DNA of 64,000 nucleotides from Acutalibacteraceae bacterium (GCA_045580545.1 JAZNOA010000007.1:65007-129006); one strand, 5' to 3'. Counted from the first letter of the stretch, positions 16,582 to 25,512 are shown. The notes: generated from the letters alone by a model not told the origin. Numbers and translations are program-made.

Positions 16582-17550
16582 TTAAATTTTCAATAGAACT
16601 TCTTCCAAAGAGTAGTTTTCAGAGAGTTCGTTCAATTTCATCTCATATATTGGAATCGATTGCTCTTTAGCAATCTTAATAAGTTTATTTCGATTTTGCT
16701 CGTTACAATTCATACCAATATAAATTGCTTTAGGAACTGCATCAATATACGGCATACCTTTCGCTGCTGCGCCCATAGAACATCTATATTCTTTTTCATA
16801 TTGCCATGTGGCTTGCTTTATATTGCATAAATACTGCGCTACATACACAATAGACATATCGCTTATATGTACGTTCTTTTTTCCTTGAGCAAGCTGAAGG
16901 TCAACCTCAGATGCAATCATTTCGGCATATTCTTTGATAAAACTTGTAATATCAAGTCGCTGATCCGTGTACTGAATCGGAAATGTACACGCAGACAGAG
17001 CAAGATTGTCATGATTTTCCATATCATAAGCGACGCAAAATCCATGATGATTGTTTGCATAATGTGCCCACATAGGCATACAACTTGTGTTATTTTCTGT
17101 TAATGCTGTACCCTTGTGAAACACAGTAAAATCATCAATAAATTTTCCATTGTGTGATGCCAATCGCTTTATACCTGCTAATTTTTTGTGGTCATAGAAA
17201 AACGCTTTTCCATCAAATGGATCATTAAAATCCTTGATATCAGACATGAAAATTTGTTTGTTTTTTAAAGTCGAAAGTTTTTTCTTATTCAATTTCTTAT
17301 CCGATGTTAGAGAATAGAACTTATACAGGGTATCTGGAATATACAATCTTGTTACTCTGTACAAAGCATCGAAAGTAGTTTTCATTACTATTTCATATGG
17401 TAGTTGAGGAGTTATATTTTTAGAAGTAAAAAGAATATATAAGAATTTAAAATAATCGACAGGGTTTTCTTGCAACCACTTTTCTTTATTAAAATCTTCA
17501 ACATCAATTTGAACCGTTGGGAGCGTATATTTAATATCTTCTATTTTCAC
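16582..17550 (-). CDS. DUF2971-like protein
   Basis: LYKFYSL...QIFMSDIKDFNDPFDG and MWAHYANNHHGFCVAYD resemble the DUF2971 signature. GTG start. Its stop is 18 nt upstream of the SIR2 start. Confidence 0.65.
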   Translation of the reverse strand: MKIEDIKYTLPTVQIDVEDFNKEKWLQENPVDYFKFLYILFTSKNITPQLPYEIVMKTTFDALYRVTRLYIPDTLYKFYSLTSDKKLNKKKLSTLKNKQIFMSDIKDFNDPFDGKAFFYDHKKLAGIKRLASHNGKFIDDFTVFHKGTALTENNTSCMPMWAHYANNHHGFCVAYDMENHDNLALSACTFPIQYTDQRLDITSFIKEYAEMIASEVDLQLAQGKKNVHISDMSIVYVAQYLCNIKQATWQYEKEYRCSMGAAAKGMPYIDAVPKAIYIGMNCNEQNRNKLIKIAKEQSIPIYEMKLNELSENYSLEEVLLKI

Positions 17551-17619
17551 AGCAACTACCTACCAATTTTTTGTGCATCTCAACAAGTTTTGCAACATGT
17601 TTAACTTTGACATTATTTC

Positions 17620-18033
17620 CTATATCAGAATCCCATCACAATGGTCAATTTCATGCTGGATTATTTGTGCCGTCCATCCAGTAAAGGTTTTAATACGTGT
17701 TTTGAATTCTGCAGTTTGCCACTGAACTTTAATGGACTTATAGCGTTTGCACGGACGAGGACCGCCGAGAAGAGAAAGACAACCTTCCTCAGTATCGTAC
17801 GGCCCTGATTTTTTGATAATTTCAGGATTAAACATCGTCATATATGTACCTTCATTATCAAATACAATAATCCTCTCGCACTCACCAATCATATTCGCCG
17901 CCATACCTACACAACCATCTTTATTGGCGATTAATGTATCTAATAAATCCTGTGCTACCTGCAAATCTTCTTTTGTCGCTGTCTCTGATTTTACCGCAAG
18001 AAAAATTGGGTCATGTATTATCTTTTTAATCAT
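17620..18033 (-). CDS. def: Peptide deformylase (short form)
   Basis: All three PDF motifs are present: GVGMAANMIG, EGCLSL and HEIDHCDG. RBS AAGGTGA. Confidence 0.85.
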   Translation of the reverse strand: MIKKIIHDPIFLAVKSETATKEDLQVAQDLLDTLIANKDGCVGMAANMIGECERIIVFDNEGTYMTMFNPEIIKKSGPYDTEEGCLSLLGGPRPCKRYKSIKVQWQTAEFKTRIKTFTGWTAQIIQHEIDHCDGILI

Positions 18034-18058
18034 ATTTTTTCACCTTAACGAACACTAA

Positions 18059-18793
18059 TTACCACAACCAAGGTTTTTTAAAACATTCTTCTGCAATATC
18101 AGTTCGTATTTCTTCGCGATATTCTTTATAAGAAAATTGGCGACTATCATATAACTTATCTAATGGTGCAAATAAAGGTTGTGTCCAATATCTTCCGTTA
18201 TCATCTTGCATTGTTATAGACATTATTGCGGATATTGGACCAGTAAGTACACGTTCCTTGTGATAACACAATTTAACCGTAACAGTTTCTCCAACGCGTA
18301 TCTTTTTATCGTGGCAATACCAATAATTCAACAAATTATGAGATGCCAATTTTTTTACATGCTCACAATCAAATATGCATGTATCCTTCTTAAAGTTACA
18401 AATTATATCCATAGAGGAAATATCTGTTTTGCCAGCGTTCTTAAAGGTGTATATTACACAGCACCAATCTTTTTTATCAAAGTCCTCTTCTCGATAATGT
18501 GCGTTAACTATATCGTTCTTTTTATCGCCTGAAATTGTTACATTTTCAATGCGTGCGACAAACAATTCTATATCGCACTTTTGCTTTATGCCATATCCGA
18601 TTCTTGATATATAATCTTTATAATCGATAATTGACATCTCGGGGCGATTTTCGAAAACGGTTTTTCTTTCTTTTCTCGCCTCTAATTTATCATTTCGTTT
18701 TTGCTTATAAAACTCTATAATCAAAGAAGTAAGTAATGTTATAGCTCCGCCGACAACACCGCTAATAAGTGCAATTATAATTTCGTTTTTCAT
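18059..18793 (-). CDS. Membrane-anchored hypothetical protein, Cys-rich
   Basis: N-terminal TM segment IIIALISGVVGGAITLLTSLIIEFY. No recognised domain. Confidence 0.55.
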   Translation of the reverse strand: MKNEIIIALISGVVGGAITLLTSLIIEFYKQKRNDKLEARKERKTVFENRPEMSIIDYKDYISRIGYGIKQKCDIELFVARIENVTISGDKKNDIVNAHYREEDFDKKDWCCVIYTFKNAGKTDISSMDIICNFKKDTCIFDCEHVKKLASHNLLNYWYCHDKKIRVGETVTVKLCYHKERVLTGPISAIMSITMQDDNGRYWTQPLFAPLDKLYDSRQFSYKEYREEIRTDIAEECFKKPWLW

Positions 18794-18828
18794 CTTTTTC
18801 TTTTAAATACTACCTCACATCTATATTG

Positions 18829-19152
18829 TTAGTCATTATCTAGTCCTAACCACTTAAGGCGAGATGATATGCTTCCTGTTGTTCTACCAAGTTCTTTTGA
18901 AATTTCTTTTTTGGGTAGTCCGCTATTATATAATTCTTCCAGGCGCCCTTCTTCATCTTTCGTCCATGGCTTTCCAGCATTTTTTGGAAGACTCTTTTGA
19001 ATTTTACAATCTAAAACTTTAATAACCGTATAAAAAGCCCGCACCACTTCGCCTTTATTGCACACATTATCTGCATCAAGTAGTTCTCCTGTTGTTGGGT
19101 CTATTCCTTCTGCCAATACAGATATGATTTCTTTAGCCTTATTAATATCCAT
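18829..19152 (-). CDS. Small HTH/Myb-like DNA-binding protein
   Basis: C-terminal PWTKDEEGRLEELYNSGLPKKEISKELGRTTGSISSRLKWLGL. Start overlaps the stop of the upstream methylase by 11 nt. Confidence 0.55.
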   Translation of the reverse strand: MDINKAKEIISVLAEGIDPTTGELLDADNVCNKGEVVRAFYTVIKVLDCKIQKSLPKNAGKPWTKDEEGRLEELYNSGLPKKEISKELGRTTGSISSRLKWLGLDND

Positions 19153-20098
19153 CCTTCATCACCTTCATAATATTCTCTGCTATGCACCTTATCACTGGTA
19201 CAACTACGCTGTTACCGCATTGCTTATATGCACTTGCCATTGGAATTTTAGGAAAACGATATGTTTTTGGAAAACCTTGCAATGCTAAGCACTCGTATGG
19301 TGTAAGTTTTCGAATACCAAAATTGTCTCGAATAATTGGCACCCGATCATGGTACGTTCCCATATTCGCTTTTAATGTAGGACATATATCCCATTTGCGA
19401 GTAGCCACACCACTGTCATCAATTCTATAAATACCTGTCTTATCGACAATTTTTGCATTCAGCTGTTTAAAATATCGGCTCTCAGAGCCGTAATAATAAA
19501 TATCATCGTGTTTTATGCTCCGGTCGATAATATCATTAATCGTTGTTTCTAACGTCACTGCTTCGGGAAATGAGAACCTGTCACAATCCTCTATATCGCG
19601 AAAAGCCACAATAAAAATACGCGCACGATTCTGTGGGATATTAACATCTGTAGCATTTATTACTTTATATTTAACTGAATATCCGAATTGTGCCAAAGTA
19701 TTATATATAACAAGAAACGTTTTTCCGTTATCGTGTTCCATTAAATTTTGAACATTTTCAAGAAACACAACTCTCGGCATTTTTGCTTCTATAAACCTTG
19801 CAATTTCAAAAAATAAATTGCCACGGGGATCATTAAACCCGCGTTTATATCCCATTACCGAAAACGGTTGACACGGAAATCCTGCCGTCAACACATCAAC
19901 ATTTGTAAGATTATCAGGATTAACATTTCTTACATCTTCGTCAATCAGCATAGTTTTCGGGAAATTATGTTTATACGTCCTACACACATCGGAATCTATT
20001 TCATTAGCCCATGCAATTTGAAAACCCGCTTGTTCAAAGCCAAGGTCAATGCCACCTATTCCCGAAAATAAACTTCCGACTTTAATAAAACTTGGCAT
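19142..20098 (-). CDS. DNA (cytosine-5)-methyltransferase
   Basis: SLFSGIGG, GFPCQPFS, ENV, QNRARIF, GNSVVVPV. Confidence 0.9.
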   Translation of the reverse strand: MPSFIKVGSLFSGIGGIDLGFEQAGFQIAWANEIDSDVCRTYKHNFPKTMLIDEDVRNVNPDNLTNVDVLTAGFPCQPFSVMGYKRGFNDPRGNLFFEIARFIEAKMPRVVFLENVQNLMEHDNGKTFLVIYNTLAQFGYSVKYKVINATDVNIPQNRARIFIVAFRDIEDCDRFSFPEAVTLETTINDIIDRSIKHDDIYYYGSESRYFKQLNAKIVDKTGIYRIDDSGVATRKWDICPTLKANMGTYHDRVPIIRDNFGIRKLTPYECLALQGFPKTYRFPKIPMASAYKQCGNSVVVPVIRCIAENIMKVMKDGY

Positions 20099-20101
20099 GA
20101 T

Positions 20102-20878
20102 TTATCTGCTTGCCCTTATGTGTAAAGCACCGCGATAATCTCCGCTATGATACTCAACCCAACGAGCAATACTTTCTGCATTCTTTCCGAAAAAAGTGTT
20201 TGGATTATAATTTTTAGGCATGCCTTTTTTTGCTCTGAGACTAAAAATTAATTTAGGCCATACATCGTTTACGGCATCTTCTCTGGTTAAAAGTCTATAT
20301 GTAGATTCATCCACAGGATTACCAAATTCTATAATATAATCTGCCGGAAAAGCAGAGCGCTTGCTACCTGTACCTTCAAAAAGAAAGTATTCCAGAATGG
20401 GACGCATATACTCTTTATAGCCTTTGAATGGACAATTGAAGTCACTTATACGAGTATCTTCAGTTATGATTCCATCCATGCGCTTATTCCAATAATCATC
20501 AACAATATTATCCAGAGTATCAATGGATGTATTGGCATTTAGACATGCAAATTCAAAACCCGGACGAGCGGTATGATTTACAAGTGCTGCAGGTGCTGCT
20601 GCCATTGATTTTAATGAATAACCTGCACCATCAATATAAACATCCGCTTTTGCACCGGTAGGAGCTTTAAGTATTCCCATGGAAGCAGCCAATCTGTTCA
20701 ATTCAAAATCATTCATCACTAATACCGCGTTCATATCTATACCATTAGGTAACGAACCATACTCTATTCTGTCAAAGCCAACACTTTTAACGGTTTCACC
20801 TAAAAGAGATTCGCCCCAATCTCTTTTTTGAGTCATATATATTTTAAAAATTAACTCGTCTCTTTCGCCAACGTTCAT
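20102..20878 (-). CDS. Probable Type II restriction endonuclease (cognate of the adjacent methylase)
   Basis: 258 aa, 3-nt gaps to both neighbours. Possible PD-(D/E)XK-like element KADVYIDGAGYSLKS. The call rests mostly on context. Confidence 0.45.
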   Translation of the reverse strand: MNVGERDELIFKIYMTQKRDWGESLLGETVKSVGFDRIEYGSLPNGIDMNAVLVMNDFELNRLAASMGILKAPTGAKADVYIDGAGYSLKSMAAAPAALVNHTARPGFEFACLNANTSIDTLDNIVDDYWNKRMDGIITEDTRISDFNCPFKGYKEYMRPILEYFLFEGTGSKRSAFPADYIIEFGNPVDESTYRLLTREDAVNDVWPKLIFSLRAKKGMPKNYNPNTFFGKNAESIARWVEYHSGDYRGALHIRASR

Positions 20879-20881
20879 TTT

Positions 20882-21868
20882 TTATTCTCCTTTTTCAAAC
20901 ATATGAATTTCACTTATGAACTTCTCGGGTGCAGATAAAATTTTTACCATTTTTTGATATTGAATAGGTTTACAATCACTATCTATATATTTAATAATTC
21001 TTTTTATATGTGATTCTGAATAAAAATACCAACCGTAAACAATGTCAAGTTCATTATCGGATACCCTTTTATACCTTTTCAATTCCGGCAAAAGTTTCTT
21101 AATTTCCTCTTCTGATTTTTCTATATTTGATTTTATTCCATCACGCTTCTTAATCGCTTTCGCAGAACATTCACTCAGATCTTTTTTATATTGTTTCAAC
21201 CTTTTCTGTAGACGCAATTTCTTTTTACGAAGTTTATCGTATTCTATAGCCACTTCTGTTTTTAAAGGGCATATTAAATGATTCCCCTGCGGAAGTTCGC
21301 CTCTTTTTCCGGTTAGTCTTTCTATATCATGCGGCAATCCTCTGGATGAAAACTGATATAGCCAAATACGAAATTCTTTGTTTTTATACTGTAATAACAC
21401 ATCAGTGTGGTCTCCGCTGTCTTGCTTTGCGTTTAATGATGTTTCTACAGCTGCATCTTTTGAAATCAAATTTTCCTTAATCATAAAAGCAAAATCAGGT
21501 TCACGTAATAAAGAAGTTAAAGTTCGGAGACCTCTTGCCAATGCCCCTGTAATTTGTGCTTCATCATTAGTTGTTTTCTTACATTCACAAAGTAATTTCA
21601 CAAGATAAGTTGCCGGTGAAAAATTAATTTTTTCAATCTCTTCATGGAAAATCTCACTATATGTCTTCTTTATTCCGGTTCTGGATTCCTCTGTTTTAGG
21701 TAAATGCTCACAAGAATATCCATCCATTGGTATATTAAGAATTTGAAGTTTTGAAAAAATTCTTTCAGCCAAAGAAAAAAGTTCCGGATCTTGTTCATAA
21801 AGATACTCTATTCCATCTTTATACGTTTTTTCGGACCATATTTTGCATAATTCTCTTATATTAGACAT
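20882..21868 (-). CDS. Hypothetical protein with a Lys-rich coiled coil (possible second endonuclease or specificity factor)
   Basis: 328 aa. GDHTDVLLQYKNKEFRIW is a possible nuclease-like D..D-x-K element. Coiled coil KLRKKKLRLQKRLKQYKKDL. Its stop lies 3 nt upstream of the start of the downstream 20102..20878 endonuclease-candidate gene. Confidence 0.5.
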   Translation of the reverse strand: MSNIRELCKIWSEKTYKDGIEYLYEQDPELFSLAERIFSKLQILNIPMDGYSCEHLPKTEESRTGIKKTYSEIFHEEIEKINFSPATYLVKLLCECKKTTNDEAQITGALARGLRTLTSLLREPDFAFMIKENLISKDAAVETSLNAKQDSGDHTDVLLQYKNKEFRIWLYQFSSRGLPHDIERLTGKRGELPQGNHLICPLKTEVAIEYDKLRKKKLRLQKRLKQYKKDLSECSAKAIKKRDGIKSNIEKSEEEIKKLLPELKRYKRVSDNELDIVYGWYFYSESHIKRIIKYIDSDCKPIQYQKMVKILSAPEKFISEIHMFEKGE

Positions 21869-21941
21869 TTTTATCTCCTATATATTTTAGTTACAATAAG
21901 AACAAGGCCTTTCGGCCGTACATGTTCATTTTTAAGTCGAC

Positions 21942-22772
21942 TTAAATAATATCGAGGGTTCTCAGCTGATTGCCAATAGCTTTAATAACTACCGTAGGCA
22001 CTGCATTTCCAACTTGTTTATATTGATTATCCTTATTACCCGCCAAATAAAAATCACGCGGGAATCCTTGAACTTCAAGACATTCTTCAACAGTTATATA
22101 GTGTAATTCGCCGTTAACGCGATAGCAATCCCAATTGTATTTATTGTCTATTCCGGAACGTCTGCCACCAATTCTTATTGTATATGCATATTCTCTTTCA
22201 GTATGTCCGTGCATAACATCAGAAAGCGTTTTATCGCACCCTGTCGGTTCAGGAAATACAAACTCTTTTTTTATATCGTTCCGTACTCCAACAATAAAAA
22301 CTCTCTTTCTTATTTGAGGTACTCCATAGTCCTTTGCTTCCAGAACATCATGATATACTTTATACCCGCATTTTGTAAGCTCTTCAATAATCACTTTAAA
22401 GGTTTCGCCCTTATTATGAGAGAGTAACCCCTTGACATTTTCTAAAATAAAAGCTTTAGGTTTGCATTCTTTCAGCAATCTTATCACTTGATATATAAGG
22501 GCACCTCTGGGATCATCAAGTCCACCTTTTTGACCTACATTGCTAAATGACTGACATGGAAACCCTCCACACAACAAATCAAATTCGGGAATATCCTTAA
22601 CGTCTATTTTACTTATATCACCTTTAGGTGTTATTCCATAATTTCTCTCATATGTTTCGATAGCAATTGGATCGATTTCCGAAGCCATAACACACTCGCC
22701 TCCGCATTGTGTCAGCCCGTAATGAAATCCTCCTATACCGGAAAATAAATCTATAAATTTAAAATTTAACAT
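21942..22772 (-). CDS. DNA (cytosine-5)-methyltransferase (compact, 276 aa)
   Basis: DLFSGIGG, GFPCQSFS, ENV, QIRKRVFIVG, GNAVP. Confidence 0.9.
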   Translation of the reverse strand: MLNFKFIDLFSGIGGFHYGLTQCGGECVMASEIDPIAIETYERNYGITPKGDISKIDVKDIPEFDLLCGGFPCQSFSNVGQKGGLDDPRGALIYQVIRLLKECKPKAFILENVKGLLSHNKGETFKVIIEELTKCGYKVYHDVLEAKDYGVPQIRKRVFIVGVRNDIKKEFVFPEPTGCDKTLSDVMHGHTEREYAYTIRIGGRRSGIDNKYNWDCYRVNGELHYITVEECLEVQGFPRDFYLAGNKDNQYKQVGNAVPTVVIKAIGNQLRTLDII

Positions 22773-22782
22773 CGTATTTCCT

Positions 22783-24267
22783 TTACATATTATCTTCTAC
22801 GTCGAATATTGTCATTTGTTCATTTTCTGTTACCGGTATCTCAATCGACGTTTTGCCTGTTTTTAACACACTTAATATTTGTTCTGCAATCGCCTCTATA
22901 ACATTTACTGTTACACTGTTACCAAACTGCTTATACAAATGTGTATCGGAAAGCGGCAATATAAAATCATCGGGGAACCCCTGAAGTCTTGCCCATTCGC
23001 GAGGTGTCATTTTTCGAATACCTTCTTTATTGATTTCGCCCTTAATATGTGTAGTTGGGGTGAGATTTTTCTGACGTTTATCTATAATGAGGTTTCTCTC
23101 ACGCCCCATTCCACCGCACACAATTGCACCTGCAATTCCATCCATTTCTCTGATTTCATAACCAAAGCCATTCCCCTTAGATGCATGTCTTGCTTTGTGT
23201 TGCCGTAACGTTTCCATATAAACATCGCTTAGGTAATACTTAGACGGCACCGCTTGTTTTTCTATAATATCCTTTATTCTTTTCGTATCATCCGTAATAT
23301 TAGGGAAGATAAATTTTTTAGGTGCGACATCGTTTCTGAACGCTACCATATAAATTCTTTCTCTGTTTTGCGGTACTCCAAAGTTTTTACTGTTTAACAC
23401 CTTGTGAAAGACTTTGTAACCAAGGTCTTCAAATGTTTTGCAGATTATTTTAAATGTTCTTCCTTTATCGTGAATCACAAGTCCCTTAACATTTTCACAG
23501 AATATCACCTTTGGTTTATGATGTTCGCAAATGCGTGCCACATCTAAGAATAATGTACCTCTACACAGACCTTTATAATTGTCATCGAATCCCATTCTGT
23601 GGCCTGCAAGGCTAAACGCTTGACAGGGGAACCCCGCTAAACATATATCAAATTCAGGAACATCTTTTTCATCTATTTTTGTTATATCCCCGGCTATATC
23701 AAAATCATCCTTGAAGTTTTCCTTATATGTTTTTTGTGCGTTTTTATCCCACTCACTCACAAACACTGTTTCGATTTGTTCTTTGAAGGCATTTTCAAAC
23801 CCTAATCGAATTCCGCCTATTCCGGCAAATAAATCAATCGATTTAAATATTGGTTTTCTTTGAGTTACAGCTTTTTCTATTATATCAGCACATTTTTTAG
23901 TGTTTTTCTTTATATCCTTACCCCAGAAGCGAAGCACTGTCCATCCTTCATCTTCAAGGCTTTTAGTTACTTCTTCATCTCTTTGCATATTACGCTCTAT
24001 TTTGGGAATCCAAAATTCTTGTCGAGATTTTATTTCCCTTTTTTTATTATCCCAATCATAGCCATGCCAAAATTCACTATCACAGAAAACGGCAACTTTT
24101 TTACTCACAAACACGATGTCGGGTTTTCCGGTTACCTTTTTATAGTTTTTTCTATAACGCAATCCACGTGACCATAATTCTTTACGCAATAATCGCTCGA
24201 TTTCTGAGTCCTTGTTTTTGACAGCTGTCATGTTTTTGTGTCGTTGCTCGGGAGTATGATTATCCAT
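22783..24267 (-). CDS. Vsr (very-short-patch repair endonuclease) fused to a C5 DNA methyltransferase
   Basis: N-terminus TPEQRHKNMTAVKNKDSEIE...KPDIVFVSKKVAVFCDSEFWHG...WTVLRFW is Vsr-like. C-terminus has DLFAGIGG, GFPCQAFS, ENV, QNRERIYMV and GNSVTVNV. Confidence 0.9.
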   Translation of the reverse strand: MDNHTPEQRHKNMTAVKNKDSEIERLLRKELWSRGLRYRKNYKKVTGKPDIVFVSKKVAVFCDSEFWHGYDWDNKKREIKSRQEFWIPKIERNMQRDEEVTKSLEDEGWTVLRFWGKDIKKNTKKCADIIEKAVTQRKPIFKSIDLFAGIGGIRLGFENAFKEQIETVFVSEWDKNAQKTYKENFKDDFDIAGDITKIDEKDVPEFDICLAGFPCQAFSLAGHRMGFDDNYKGLCRGTLFLDVARICEHHKPKVIFCENVKGLVIHDKGRTFKIICKTFEDLGYKVFHKVLNSKNFGVPQNRERIYMVAFRNDVAPKKFIFPNITDDTKRIKDIIEKQAVPSKYYLSDVYMETLRQHKARHASKGNGFGYEIREMDGIAGAIVCGGMGRERNLIIDKRQKNLTPTTHIKGEINKEGIRKMTPREWARLQGFPDDFILPLSDTHLYKQFGNSVTVNVIEAIAEQILSVLKTGKTSIEIPVTENEQMTIFDVEDNM

Positions 24268-24341
24268 TTGTGTTTCTCCTTTTTAACTTTTAACACAAGT
24301 ATATTCAAAAAATTTATTAAGTCCAGACATATTTTAAAAAA

Positions 24342-25265
24342 TTAATATTTTATCCTTTTAACTTGGCAAGTGCTGAAATCGCACTTGCTTCTTTGGTCAA
24401 TAAGAGAATCTGCCGATATACTTAAATCAATTCTATTTGGTTTGTCATGTCTTGTAACCAGACCCTGTACCGATTCAGATTTCATATTAAAAGTGCCTAC
24501 AGGTATATGTATTAGAATTATCTCATTTTTAAATTGATCATTAAGAATTAACGTCCAATCTTTATCAATACAATTGGTCTTTGGATTAATCCAGAAAACT
24601 GCTTTGTTGTCTTGTCTTTTAGAATAATTTACATTACTTCCTACTATAATACCGTTGTTTTCCAAAAACCTAATAGCCTCTTTTTTAGCTCTAATTTCCA
24701 GCTGTTCTTCAGAACAATTTTTTATGGAAGAAATTAATTCCGTTTTGTTCTTTGCAGAACGCTTTTTTTCTAAATCAGAAAAAACATTAATTCCTATTAA
24801 TTCAATAAGAAACAATGCTTCATCAAGATATTGTTGAAGTACAACTTCTTTAAATCTATTAATATTTGGTTTATTTCCTTGATTTTTGTTATCACAATCT
24901 AATCTACTGTTTTTACTTGCTTTTGATATTAGGCTTGCCTCAATATAATCAATATCTGCACGGTCAAAACTATTGTCTGATGTTGTAAGAATAACTACTC
25001 TTTCCCACCAAGATTTTCCTATTATATGCTGCTTGATCCTTTTTGACAAATCCGATGCTTGACCAACATATACCATATCTTCAGATAACAATAAATATAC
25101 TCCAAAACGATTACAAGCATCCGATGAGATTAAATTTTCTACTGATTCTCTGGGTGCAGAATAAAGCTCTCCTTTATTCCAACTGGAATCTGCTATACTT
25201 ATAACACCGTTTAATGTTCCATCTTCCAATAATAAATTTATCGTTTTTGCTTTTGGATTAGCCAT
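24342..25265 (-). CDS. GIY-YIG-like nuclease domain protein
   Basis: Start trimmed to MANPKAK (AGGAG upstream). Contains FGVYLLLSEDMVYVGQASDLSKRIKQH, a GIY-YIG-like motif. Confidence 0.6.
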   Translation of the reverse strand: MANPKAKTINLLLEDGTLNGVISIADSSWNKGELYSAPRESVENLISSDACNRFGVYLLLSEDMVYVGQASDLSKRIKQHIIGKSWWERVVILTTSDNSFDRADIDYIEASLISKASKNSRLDCDNKNQGNKPNINRFKEVVLQQYLDEALFLIELIGINVFSDLEKKRSAKNKTELISSIKNCSEEQLEIRAKKEAIRFLENNGIIVGSNVNYSKRQDNKAVFWINPKTNCIDKDWTLILNDQFKNEIILIHIPVGTFNMKSESVQGLVTRHDKPNRIDLSISADSLIDQRSKCDFSTCQVKRIKY

Positions 25266-25302
25266 AATAATATCTCCTAAAATCAAATATTTTTGACGTC
25301 AA

Positions 25303-25512
25303 CTAATTTTTATCAACGATTTCTACAATATCATCCATTGTGCAACCTAGTGCTGAACATATCTTAACCAATACATCACTGGATACCACCGCACCGTCTT
25401 TGCCCATTTTTGTGATGGTAGCAATACTGATACCGGCCTTTTCAGCGAGTTCCTTTTTCTTCATGTCGCGGTCAATTAAAAGCTTAAACAACTTCTTATA
25501 ACTTGCAGCCAT
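25303..25512 (-). CDS. XRE/Cro-type HTH transcriptional regulator
   Basis: MKKKELAEKAGISIATITKMGKDGAVVSSDVLVKICSALGCTMDDIVE. Start trimmed to MAASYKK (GAGGTG upstream). Confidence 0.75.
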   Translation of the reverse strand: MAASYKKLFKLLIDRDMKKKELAEKAGISIATITKMGKDGAVVSSDVLVKICSALGCTMDDIVEIVDKN

